Shown here piece by piece: positions 1 to 12,545 of a stretch of 64,000 bases of DNA; within the stretch, counting starts at the first letter, position 1, and each line of letters starts with the position of its first letter. Under the pieces are notes generated by a model, which made no database searches, was not told the origin of the DNA, and saw nothing but the letters and a program-made list of their open reading frames with translations. Source of the stretch: Phoronis australis. Its lineage: Eukaryota > Animalia > Phoronida. The position numbers and the translations under genes are program-made. The stretch covers positions 1 to 64,000 of the forward strand of contig NMRA01000919.1 in NCBI GenBank assembly GCA_002633005.1, given 5' to 3'.

Positions 1-2048
1 CACTTTGGTGGGTAAAATAATAGTAATAAAATTTAGGTACTAAGTAAAACAAAACAATAATAAAAAGTAATAATAATAAAAAATAATAACTAAAATAATA
101 ATAAAAAGTCAAAAATAATTATAATAATAAATAATAATAATAATAATAATAATAACAAACCTTTGGATGTCACTGTTGACATTTTATTCGACTTTCCATG
201 AAAGATACGGAGATACTGTACTCACCCTTGGATATGTTGTTTGTTAGGCCTTTTCAAGTACTTCGTCACCGTCCCTAACCCTACCGTGTTTATCTACGCT
301 TTTGATCGGCATACTTCCTTCTGAACAACACTTAAAAAATAGGTATACTTTACCGACGCACAAAAAGAAAAATCAAAAAAAAATTAAAAAACCAACATAT
401 AATACAACTAATAAACAAACTAAAACGTACACTAAAACTTTCCTACAAATTAAATAAATAACAATTGAAAAATAAACTAATAAAATAAAAATAATAACAA
501 CAAAATGTGTTAAACATTTTAAAACACTTGTGTCAATTCTATCACATAATACTTCACATTTCGTTCTCTCGGCATAATTTACACCTATTCCCACCGCGCT
601 TAAGTTACGGTAATGCGTCAACTTTTCTTTTCGTCTAGCATCGTGGTCGGGTATTTCCCACCAAGACGATTTTCGAATAGTCGGCTACTGTAGTGGCAGA
701 TACGCGGACGTTATGATCGATGAGATCACGTCTCACATGCCTGCTAAGTTGTCCACTGCCCAGGCGCGTATAGCTTAGTCATACGAAATCTGCGCTCGAG
801 TGCCTCCAGAGCCAGGGCATGACCGGCTCTAGCTGTTTCCTTTAATTTTACGATTTTCGTATACACTAGTTCATTTCGGTGTAATTAGGTCTAAGCCAGT
901 CACTCTAACAGTTGTCCTTATCCGCTGAAGTAGGGTCGTTTTCATCTCCAACCCAGGATCCACTACACCCGGGCTATTAGTAGGCCTAAACAGTATCCAT
1001 GTTACTGCGCCAAATTTTTGAAAACGCGTCACTCACACTAGTGGGTTACATCTGCCCGTTTAGGCGTATAAATCATATCAGATTACCGGTAATGTCTGAC
1101 ATATTTTAACACAAGATTGTTAAATTACGATTTCAAAATCTTGTAACCTTTCATTTTGTTAACCTATATTGCACGCAAATGTGCCTAACCTACTTCCTAA
1201 AATTCTGTCACCAAAGCACACTGGGATCACACTAGCCCAAATTCAGTTGCAGCGCTCATTGGCCCAGATTTCATGGTAATGGGCCAGTCTGTGGTTTCAC
1301 TCTTATGTAATTACATAATAACTTGTTGCATAGTGCTGATCACCTCGTGCCAGCAATGGAACTTTCTAGACTAAATTTTCATGATACCGGAACCCTAGGC
1401 TTAATTGCATTCCTAACTAGTTGTGACCATCTTTTCCTGACATCGACAGCACAAATGTTATTTGTCCGTTTGCTTAGCTCTAGGATATTCGTTGAACACA
1501 ATGATAGGGTGCTAGGCCTTTACTGCCAATCATATTTTGTAGACTAAGTTGCTTCCTGATTTGTGTACTTGATGTTGTCTATTTTATACGACTCGGGGTA
1601 TCATTATTCCTGAGAGCCTGTTGCTCTCTCCTCTCTCGTCATGTAGTTGTGTTCTGTAGGATTTTTATAGATATTTTATTTTTCTTAGACATATAGTAGA
1701 CATGCAAGTTTCCGTACGAAGGTCTGTCTGTGGCCGATAGCTTGATACATGGTTTTAATTAATGATTTTTATCAATCGGTCAGTTTTCATCTTTAAAGCA
1801 TCAGCAAATAAATAGGACTGTTTGAATAATGATTTTAGATCTGTTCATAATATTTATTTGAAATGACATCTCCCATGCTGATGGTGTTTTACCTTTCCTG
1901 CACCATTACTTCTTTTCTAACTTATATAAAAAATAAAAAAATAAAAACAAATCAAACTATTTAAAAAAAACTAAATAACAAATATAAAAACTAAATAAAA
2001 AATATATATTTAAAAAAACTAAAATAATATAAAAAAATNCTGTTTGGT

Positions 2049-2245
2049 GTACCCACTTGGTACTTTATATGATATTTGCCCATTTGGCAGTTTGTACCCA
2101 CTTGGTACTTGTTATCGAATTTGCCGCTTTGCTCGACCCAGTTGGTAGGCAATCGGCCAATACCCATTTGGTATTATGTACCCATTTGGTACTATGCTAA
2201 CCTGTGCCACTTAGTATCCGATACTCAGTTACACTTTGGGTATTG
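2049..2245. repeat. Degenerate array of GTACCCA(C/T)TTGGTA motifs
   Basis: Motif recurs at ~2049, 2094, 2161 and 2178, plus weaker copies. Confidence 0.6.
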
Positions 2246-3494
2246 GAAATGTGTGTGTTGTCTCTTGTAATTAAGGAACCCATCTGGTTCCTTCTGTGAA
2301 ATATTTATTTGTAGAGCTGTGACCCTGAAATTCCCAATACAACTTAAAATATTTATTATTCTTGTTGTTTTATTTGTCCCCAATAATTACTATTTTCAGA
2401 AAGAAAGGGTGTATATAATAAGTATTGTATAACACTGCACTTTTATTTTTCACGGCCATATCAATTCTTTAAACGCATTACTTGTCTGCAAATATGCAAG
2501 TTATTTGAGACAACTTCAAATCTTTGTTACCCATTATCAAGCCGTTTTATATTTAAAACTTTTAGCAGTTTTTAGCTCCGATTCCAGATTCATGGGTCTG
2601 CCAAGCATACTTCTAGTCTAAGGCTGAAGGAACATTTTCTCAGACTTTTTATTTTTCTTGTAATAGAAGATATGAAGACTTGGGTCATTTGAAAATGATG
2701 GATAAATTTTTTGTTGTTTAAGAGTAATTGCAAATCGTAAGGCACCATCAAAAATGCATTTTTCACAAAAAATGGCAGTCATTTGTATTCATAAACGACT
2801 TGCAAAATTTCAAGGCGTGAGTTAGAACTATTCAGTCTCTGAGAATTCAGAAAATGTAATATATTTTTAAGGTTTACAATTGATAGCAAAACAGTTAAAT
2901 GAAATAAACTTTAAGGAAATTCATGAAGATTAAGAATTACCTCACCATGCTCTTTCCCCCAAACACTTTTACCTGGTATGGCCACCAATTCAGTTGCACC
3001 AAATTTTACAACCCCAACCCCCTATGCCAATCCCCCGTTAAGGACCTGAATAAGTAAATTAAAAAATTGACTTACACATCTTTCTTTAAATGTAGCTGTT
3101 CCTTTTCAAAGGCTTTGTTAGTTGTCTCTGATATAGAGAGTAAGCTTTGAAAACAGATCTGCACTGGTTAGCTGCAGTCAAATGCTTAAAACCAATTTTT
3201 GCCCATTCAGGAACGGTGCAGAAGTGATGCATATCTCCTCTGCTCGGTACAAGCCCTCAAATCTAAAAACCAAAGGTCACGTGAAAACAGACATGATAGA
3301 TTCCTATTTCAATGTGTAATAGATTTCCGGAAGACATAAGATAGGGATTAAACAAATAGTCTAATGGAAATTTGTCACGTACCCTTTGCCATTGGGCTTG
3401 GATTGTAAGCTTAACTCACTAACCGATATCGAGTTGATATTCAGCATTGATTGATGTAACTGTCACTGATAAACCTGTTAAAATCATTCCAAAC

Positions 3495-3653
3495 CAGTGG
3501 CAGATTTAGAGGGGGGCCCACGATTGCCATGGCACCCCCTAAAATTCTCCCAGTTTACATTTGTCAGATGGGGGGTGCAAATGTCTAACGGATAAAATCC
3601 TGGCTAAAACTCTGTCATGCCCCCCATCTAGCTCAAAATCCTGGATCCCCCTG
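3495..3653. mobile_element. CAGTGGCGGAT-type MITE
   Basis: CAGTGGCAGATTTAGAGGGGGG ... CCTGGATCCCCCTG. Related ends at 11034-11358, 41902 and 52693. Confidence 0.55.
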
Positions 3654-3813
3654 CAAACAATAATACTGCTTTGAAGTACGAAAGGATCCCGAGTGCTAGG
3701 TCACGTATCGTAACAAGCATGACAACAAACAAAGATTAACCCGACTGGCGACTGCTGCGAAGTCGACATCGGCAAGTACCTCAGTTAACAGGCATCAGTA
3801 GAATAAACATGGG

Positions 3814-3857
<44 letters not shown>

Positions 3858-4213
3858 TGTTTATTGTACCTCGTAGACTTTGCCTACTCATACATAAATA
3901 CATAAATTCAAGCGTATATTCAGAATATTTACACAGAGAGCAGTTCTTTTCTTAAAGTCATAGCCTTCTGAATATACAATGTGAGGCGCTGGATGCTTAC
4001 ATGATTTTTCTGTTGGAATAATCGTTAAAATAATCGCAGACCTTACCTTTGTATATAGAAACACCCTTTTTACACAATCTCAGATTCAGTTGGCAAGGCT
4101 GCAAGCCATTTCACCATGTATTTAAAGGGCTCGCGAAATCGAGGCTGCTTAATCTAACACCACTAGTACACGCTCGCCCTATAATTAATGAAAAGTTCCG
4201 AATAATCCCATTT

Positions 4214-4297
4214 TCTTGGTACTGGTTCACGTGCATCCATCATGATTCGATACGTGTCTTCCTTGACCCAGTTTGAGCACACCGGACAACGAACACG
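4214..4297. repeat. 84-bp conserved element, copy 1
   Basis: 77/84 identical and ungapped against 44871-44954. Confidence 0.9.
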
Positions 4298-7200
4298 GAA
4301 AAAATGTTCCCTCCAATTTGGCAAAGGGGGCAAAAAAGGTCCGCCTCCGAGAAACAAGAAGTCCGAGGAAACGAGACAAAAGTCTATGAAAAAGGTGCTA
4401 ACGCGCAATTCACAGCTCTGAACGTGTTATCCCGTTTTTTTGTTAGTAAAAGGTCCACATCGCCAAAAATTCGAGTCCCCAAACTTGAAATTAAACTCCG
4501 GGTGCGCGCATGCCACTACATACGTACCCAGGCCTTAATACACTGTAAGTATCAGAAGACCGTAAACAGGACAGAATATAAAAATGATGGTTGTCCTCAG
4601 GTAAGACAGTTGCAGATTTTAATAACTTGCAAGGCTACATAACATATGACCCATCTCTTAAAATCTACAGAAACAACTTATGTACCGTCTCAATATAACA
4701 TTGTGGGGTGTAGCTTCATGGGGTATCCCGTCTTCCTGCCCTGGCTATACCAATAAATCTTCGAATTTGTGTCCACTCTGTAAAAATGTACAACTATTAA
4801 TCTTGTAGTCACTTTTTGAGATTCTTCGTTGCTAGAAACCAACATATATCCTGAAGAGTATAAGGTCACTAAACCCTTAAAGAAATATCGGACTAATAAG
4901 GAAAGTCAAGCTAAGACCATGAAACATCGACTTAAGTGGGTGTTCTAGGGACCAAATGAAGTTGAACAATATCGCTTCTGCGATCGGATTCTCACCCACA
5001 AAATCATGTTATTTCAGTTTCAATTTTTAAACCTCGAGAGACCAAAAAGTATATCATTAACTATGGGACTAATCTTTATACTGGAAATCAAATTTTTTCT
5101 GATGTTATCTGCTGTAACTAAAGGTAAGTGTTCAGACCATTTTTAAAATTCTGTGCTCAAGTATTCAATGATTTTTTTGGATGATTTTCTAAAAATCCTA
5201 GTTTGCACTTGATGATCCTAACGTTAAAGTATGAGTTATTACTTGAAATCCCGTGTTGTTACCAATATTGGTTCCTACATACTACACAGTACACGTCGAC
5301 TAACATGGTTCATCAGCAAGATGGCGTACCACTCCGCGCAACGAAAATCACGTGACGTCAACTCAAGGTATTTATCTCATCGGGTGCCCCAACCAATATT
5401 TCAAAACAGAAAAGCACTCACTTTGGTTGTTTGATCGAGTTGGGTCGATTAGCGCAGCAAAATGTTTCATTTTATGATTATGACTATGCGCGGCTATGAA
5501 AAGGTCTTGAAATTACGGATCATGAACTCAGCAAAATGCTTTTTCACAAGTTTCCGCGACAACTTCTTCGTCCAGGTAGGCCTATAGCTCTAATCTGACT
5601 TTTTATATTCAGAACCTCTCTGTGTCTTCAGATACAGTGTGTTGCTTAACGGAAAATCTCTACCGCAATGTCATATGTCAGCCACCGTAAAAGACCAACT
5701 AAAGAGTAGCCATTTTGCGAATTACATTAACCACCGAACAACAGGCATCATAAGACCACTGTATAAACCAGTCACAAACCATAGCTACTCACATGATTGT
5801 GCTGGCGGTTTTCAAAGAAGTTTGACAAAGTGTGGAATGTGCGCCCTTCCTCTGTTCTGTTCACGTTTCCTCCACAAGAATTGGCAACCCAAAATCAAAG
5901 AAATTTGTAAGTATAAAGACCACCGTCAAACTGGAGACTTCACGCAACGAAAGAAAAGTTTTGAGTCATTTCACATCACAAGACTTATAGATGGGCACAG
6001 AAACTTTATTCTCTTGTATTTTTGACCCTTTCACTCTCACTGAAAACAAGGCTAAACTAAAAGAATAGGGGCTAAAAACGCAAAATCGGTACTTTTCAAT
6101 CCAAAGCCAACACTACCTTGCCGATGCTCGACTAAATCCAATATTAGATTCCGAAAGCAAATTTCCTACCGACTCCAAAAATGTGGTGCAAATGTACTGT
6201 CAACCAACAAGTTTTTTTACAAATCTGGCTTGTTTGAGGGCTACCTGAAATCGCGGCCAATTTCTCAGTTGCTACTCAACAATGCACAATTGCAACAGGG
6301 GGCCACCATCTTGAAGAAGAGGGCAGCTACAGCCGAGCAAGTGGTGTTTTTCATTCTCAGCATGTTCACGAACATTAACAAACCACATTCGCTGAGCTTA
6401 CATGCAATGCCTACCTACAAAATGCCCCCAAACTTATCTTACCCCAAAATTTTAACATTTTGCGGGTGCAAATTGGCTGCGGCTACAGCCCAACTGTACA
6501 GTGACACCCAACATCTCCGAGTCGAAGGTCAGTCTCGTTTCTAAGTCAACCAATGGCATTTAAATACAAACTAGCTTAGGTCATTAGGTTAACAAATCGG
6601 ATGGTGTCGAGAGCAAGGAGTGAGTGTGGAAAATGTTGACATTTTTGCATATACCGGGTACTGCCGGCTTCTTTCATAAAACAACCTTTTCTGTTTTGGT
6701 TTGGAACTTGTACGCTAGTGCTATATTCAATTAAAATTTGCAATATTTGGACAAAATTGTATTCGACGGTTTAAAAACCTTGTGAAGAGTCTGACAATAC
6801 ATGTATTTACAAACGGGTTATATGTCTACTGTCAATTGAATTTGCCAATAAAAGGCCATCAATATTTTTTCATCAAATACACAATTGTTTACGTTTGTCA
6901 CAGCCATACTTTGTATAAACAGCAGATGCCAATTCATCGCGTTTTCTCAGCCAGATATTGCTTAAACAATAGTGGTTTGTGTCATATTTTAGAGTTGATG
7001 GTGATATCGATGTTTTCGCAAATTAAGTAAGGATGCGACGGGTCAGAAAGATTTAGGCTAGTGTCGGTTACTTCCACCCTCCAGAGTGTTCGTGTATCTG
7101 ATCTCACGATTCATATCTTAAGAGCTACATAAATCTTATATATTGTTGTCCACAGTAAAAATATTCACAATTTTGTCTCTTGTTAGAAAGCGTTATGAGA

Positions 7201-7794
7201 AATGTTGAGAACTGTGTTTTTTAAATAAGTTTAGAAACAAAATTTATAAGCTGTCAAAATCACTAATGCAATTCCATTAATCTGTGTATGCCAATTTTTG
7301 CTTGTTCGATGTTGCCGTTTTCATTGTCTATTAGAGACATCTATCCAAACTGTAATTGACACAATATTTATATGTCTAAGATATGCGTTACAGCCCTAGA
7401 ATTAGGTGAGGTTAGGTGGGCAGCAAAATGCCTGTGTGAGCAGTGTCTATTAAATTTGCAGTGTTTAGAATATGTGAAGGCAATTAGATGAAAATGGAAG
7501 TGGTATTTATGTTCGAACCATTATTTATTACGTTACAATGGGAATTTTATAAAACACAGTCTCTGAAAATATGGACATCGTAATTAAAGAGATTTTATGA
7601 AATTTGTTGCCAAGAATAATGCAACAGATAATCTGACTACAGTGCAGAATGTACACACTATGGATCATACTGGTGTTGTACACGAGAGAGTGTACAATGC
7701 AGATATCATAGATATGGATAGATTGTGGTTGGAATGATAATGCAGAATACAGCAAAACAAGTGGACTCGTTTCATATTCAATATAAAATTACTA

Positions 7795-8016
7795 GGGGTC
7801 TGGTTCATGAAATGTGACTGATGGCTTAAGACAGAAATTTAGTGTTATGCTCTACATAGCAAAATAATAAAGTATTTGGGAATATACCCAGCATTGGTAA
7901 TTACTGAGAACATTGGTGCAAATTATTGCAGGCAATGTTGTGCTAATAATATCATGACTAAACCTTCATTTGTCAATTGTTTTGAGTCTTTAGTCACTTT
8001 TCATGAAACGCACCCC
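7795..8016. mobile_element. MITE (GGGG..TTCATGAAA termini); related copy at 62073-62335
   Basis: TIR GGGGTCTGGTTCATGAAA / TTTCATGAAACGCACCCC. The internal CTTAAGACAGAAATTT.GTGTTATGC recurs inverted at ~62290-62315. Confidence 0.6.
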
Positions 8017-8778
8017 CGAAGCAATAGAATCATATTACAGATTAGAGTGCACGAACTGCAGTTATGAAGTACAGGTTGGTGTTACATTGGCAAGATTTAA
8101 GCAAGGGATACTGTATATATGTTGATAGATATTACGGATCACAACGTACTAAAATGATTTTTAGGTTACGAAATACATCGTACCATAATGCAGCAATGTA
8201 CATGTATAAATACACAAATCCTACCGAGAGTGTCGTAGATGAAGTAATATCCCACGAGACATTATTCTGCGTATCGACCGACTCCAAATTTTGACGTCGA
8301 TACGCGGAATAATGTCGAGTGGGATAAAACTTCATCTACGCCAATCGAGGTACAATTGTATTTATCCAATACGCTTCGAATTCATGGCGTACATGAAGTA
8401 ATATGCCACTCGACATTATTCCGCGCATTGACCTCGACCTTCGGTGTCGGTGAATACACGGTGATGACACTATATAAAGACACGTGGCATGCCATAGATA
8501 GATAAATGGACGCGGACACTGAAGACTGATAAGTAAGATGCAAATAAATGATTATCGTAAGTAATATCGAAGGCTACGAAATTTTGCATTTACGCAATGA
8601 AATTTAAAATCGTCATTTCTTTAGTGATGCCGTCAAGTGGCAGGATGTTTTGCAGCATAATACATGTAAATGGGACATGCACCTAAATGAAAACTATTCA
8701 TGCAACGACATGCGTACTTTTAAGTGGTGTGGCGAATCCACTTCGCATTAGAAATTTTCAACAGTGTCAGAGTGCAGG

Positions 8779-9040
8779 TTAGGTATCTACAGGGTACAAA
8801 TTGCCAAAGTTTATGCAGTTGAGGGTCTTACAGAGCACCTCATCTGTATAGGTCTTCTGGTGACTAAGCTTGACGATGTAATGTTGCAGTATATCATACC
8901 ATGGCAATCCGAAAGGATATCTGCCACGTTGACTCATGCACGAGCAGAACGGCTTGGGTGAGGCAGTAACACATCGACAATCACTAGGCATATGCGAAGG
9001 AGGAACTATAGCAACGGTGAACGCTTGAGGATCACTGACA
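8779..9040 (-). CDS. Possible terminal cytoplasmic exon of the PLAT-TSP1-Ig gene
   Basis: Phase-2 acceptor gttaacag, then 86 open codons (VSDPQAFTVAIVPPSHMPSDCRC...YPVDT*), more GC-rich than its flanks. It joins the TM exon only if one A is removed at 12001-12004. Confidence 0.3.
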
Positions 9041-11033
9041 CTGTTAACAACAGTGATAATAAAGGATTAATAGATTTCCAATTTCAATACTTGTCTTATT
9101 GGCAGCAGGTCCACAACTACCTCGTGAAAGTGCTTGAAAGGAATTTCACACTATACATATAAAAATGTTGTTGTGGTGTTATTCTCGTGAATTAAAGATA
9201 ATCTTTCCATTACATTCATCAATTTAGAACCCAGCATGAGTTTCGTCTGTCGAAACATATCATTATAATATAAAAATTACGTAACTCTCAGCCCTGTTTG
9301 TGTTTGACTTATTTTAGATTTAATTTTTCAAATGGACGGGGATTCAGCGGAAACCTCATTACATATGGCAGCAGCCGCGTGAATGCTGTCATTCACCACG
9401 GCAGCCATTTTAGGTGGTGCTGCACCACCAAAAATAAAATCTAATCTAAAAATTCATATTAAATCCAATTAATTTCAAAACTATTTGGAGTTGTGTTGAA
9501 TGAGCATCATTTGGGATTAGGTTTCAACTGAACTAACTTAAAAATCCGTTTTATGAAATTTTTAACTCAAATAAAGCAGAAAGTGTATTTTAAGGGACGA
9601 CCACTAAATCGAATTCTAAAATGTGTAGAGATGGAAGTGGTGTGGTTTGAGAGATTCCCTATGGCATGCAACATTACGCACAAATATCGGCAATAGCGGG
9701 ATATAACGTGCCCGAATTTTGAGAACCAGTTTGATGCCCTTGATTCAGTGGAGAAAACTCATTCCCAAAATACGAACACGTAATATCCGACCCTTACCCA
9801 AATACTGACAATAGATCAGCGATTTCCCAACTTCTTATGAAGTTGAAAATACATTTGAAGCCTTAGACTCTTCAAGTGCAAGTTGCTTGTAGGCCTTCGC
9901 ATTCACGGATCACTTTTTCTTAATAAATATTTAATTCTTAAGTATTATATGAATCCTCAAGGACCAACTACAGAACGGAAAATCCATGCTATGGAACAAT
10001 GCGCAAGAGACATTTTTGAACAATTTTAAATTTCAATTTGAATGTAAAATTAAGAGTTTCCGGAACAAAAGGATATCTCGTTTTTATAATAAAAACATTT
10101 TTCAGTAAATGTACACAAAAGAATTAATTCACAGGGAAGACAAAAGCCTCTGTTGTTGACATTTAATGGGCGGCGGACCAAAGGCGGCTGAGGGGGGCTA
10201 TAGGTGCGGCTCCCACGGACATGGCTAGTGCTGAAGCTGAGGGGCTATAGGCCCCACTTATTTCAGTGCTGCGCTACCCATGCAACTCCCTTGTGTGAAA
10301 AAATAATTCACTCTGATACGGATCTCTGAGGCATGACTATTGTCGAAGGATTTTACCTACACGGTCACAAAACAGGTGCCCACCAAGTCAAGCTTAAAAT
10401 AACCATAAGTCGATTGGAAGTCCTCACAGTGAAAGCGTAAAATCAAGTGCAATCTACATCACACTCGAATTGCATGTTAAACGTTAACTCGCACACGTCG
10501 AATTTGCGACCGCGTGAACAAACTTTTCTTAAAAATAATACAGCCAATATAACTTTACGGAAATCAAGCCCTTCGAAAGAATTTATTCGACGTTTTACTT
10601 TTGTCTTCTCACTCCGCCTTTGCATTGTTAAACCTACCGCTAACACCTCACTACATGTAGCTCCCTGCGTGACCGCTAGGGGGTAAAGAACACTCAGTTA
10701 TCATTCAGTAGCACGCGTTTTGTCACTGGCTGATGTAACCTCGGCAGCCATTGGTTAGATTTACGACAAAGATAGGAAATCGCGACAATGAACGTGACGT
10801 GACTGCAAATATTTCGTTTCTGCAGTAATGTTTAATAGCCGCACACACATCTGGCAGATTTAGCCGGTGGGTTATTCTTACTGTGTATATACAACGGGAC
10901 AGCAACGTAAACAAAAGTCAGCGTCAATAGAAAAATGCACTCGGAAAAAGCACAATCGCATCTTTCCCATTCACATTTCTTGAGCATGAATTAAACACCA
11001 ATATGTCTGTACAACAGATCACAAACTATTATA

Positions 11034-11358
11034 CATAGGCGGATTTAGGGGGGGCACGAGGCCCGCCCCCCGAGCTGCCTCAAGCAAAATGAAAGAGCAA
11101 CAGTGCGAAGCGTGAGAAAATGTGGAAATGTCGAGTTCAGGAAGTAGGACCGCTAGCGGGTGAACGTCCAGGTTGCCGAGGAATGACTGCTCCCGTTTTT
11201 TTTTTAGTCGAACGGTAGATTTTCCTGAACAGAAGGTGCACCTCCGCGGACCTGAGCACATGCAATTATGCAATTGCCACTCACACCTTGTCCACCTTGT
11301 CCAATTTCCCGGGACAACATGTTGGGCACCCCTTTCTGATATCCTAGATCCGCCACTG
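11034..11358. mobile_element. CAGTGGCGGAT-type MITE
   Basis: CATAGGCGGATTTAGG ... CCTAGATCCGCCACTG inverted termini. Confidence 0.6.
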
Positions 11359-11994
11359 CTGTATCCACATTTACTTCCTCCATCAGTCATGCCAATTTGT
11401 TTACGTAAAGCTCCAGTTGTTGAGAGTTCTCCCAGCCAATCAGAAACGCCAGTGTAAAAGGAATCCTCGAGGCAAACTAAATACCTCCGTGTTCTCTGCC
11501 CTCTAGCGGACACGCAATGAGCCAGCGAGGGATTCGTAATTCTTAGAGGAAGATAAAAAGAGGCAAAATATAACCGGTAAGACAATTTGTGGTTTTCTAA
11601 AGGTATCAAGGAAATTTGATTTGGTTAGTACTAACGCACTGAACAAGAATTTTCCTCCCATTCTTTTGGTTAACATTCATTTCACCAAGTGGTTTAAAGC
11701 CCTCTCATTGGTGAACCTTCAGCTTTCTTTAATATCTGAGTATTAGCTAAAAATTACCGTGATGAGATTTCATTCATAAACATGATGACCATATGCCTTC
11801 AAACCATGACTGCAAGGCATTTAGTGCGCACATAGTAGTTTGCAATGAAGAGGTTTTCCAGCAGCCGTGTTGGTTGTCTCATGCCTACAGAGGGACTACT
11901 ATTGTTCCGTGAAGAAAAAAAAATTGTTTACAACAGTCATTGCTGAATGTTTCTGGCAATTATTCACTCGTTCAACACAATAGTCATTGCTAAC

Positions 11995-12545
11995 CTAATG
12001 TTTTCTGGACCACTTTACAACGCGGAACACGAAGTAAATGGTAAATACGACGAGCAGGAATAATCCAGTGAAGCCGATGATCGCGTAGATCTGCCACAAT
12101 GCTAGTCCTCCACGGCGCTCTATAGGTTTTTTGTCTGTCACTGGTGTAGTACTAATAGTACTGACGTCAGACCGCGTTAATACAGACAAAACTGTAGTCA
12201 TTTTAGCAGCAGTGTCTACTTTTTGACTTGTTTGGAAATCAGACGATGTGATTTCAAGTAGAGTTGGCATGGTTTCAACAACTGTAGTCATGCCGTCAGC
12301 TAATGGCGTTGTTTCAGCCTCAGTCGTTGTTTCTATTAACGTCGTTGTTTCCATTAACGTCGATTCCATTGACGTCGTAGTTTCCATTAACGTCGTTGTT
12401 TCCATTAGCGTCGTTGTTTCCATTAACGTCGTTGTTTCCAGTGCTGTCGTTTCCATTGGCGACGTTGTTTCTAAAGCAGTCGTTGTTTCCATTAAAGTTG
12501 TAGGTTGAGTTGTTGTTGGTTCCGGAGTGGTTGTGAAACAATAAT
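11995..12545 (-). CDS. Thr-rich mucin-like stalk + transmembrane exon
   Basis: DYCFTTTPEPTTT, then about nine 18-bp METTTL-type repeats, then hydrophobic IYAIIGFTGLFLLVVFTIYFVF and basic RVVKWSRKH*. The phase-1 acceptor ttttcaaag fits Ig exon B. Confidence 0.88.

Noticed and set aside
1-2038. Possible LTR element or exons in the first contig
   Set aside because: Low-complexity A-rich ends and no recognisable protein motif or paired termini; could not be assigned.
4163-4408. CPVC-containing ORF as a zinc-finger protein
   Set aside because: The homologous frame in copy 2 has an in-frame stop; the conservation is at DNA level.
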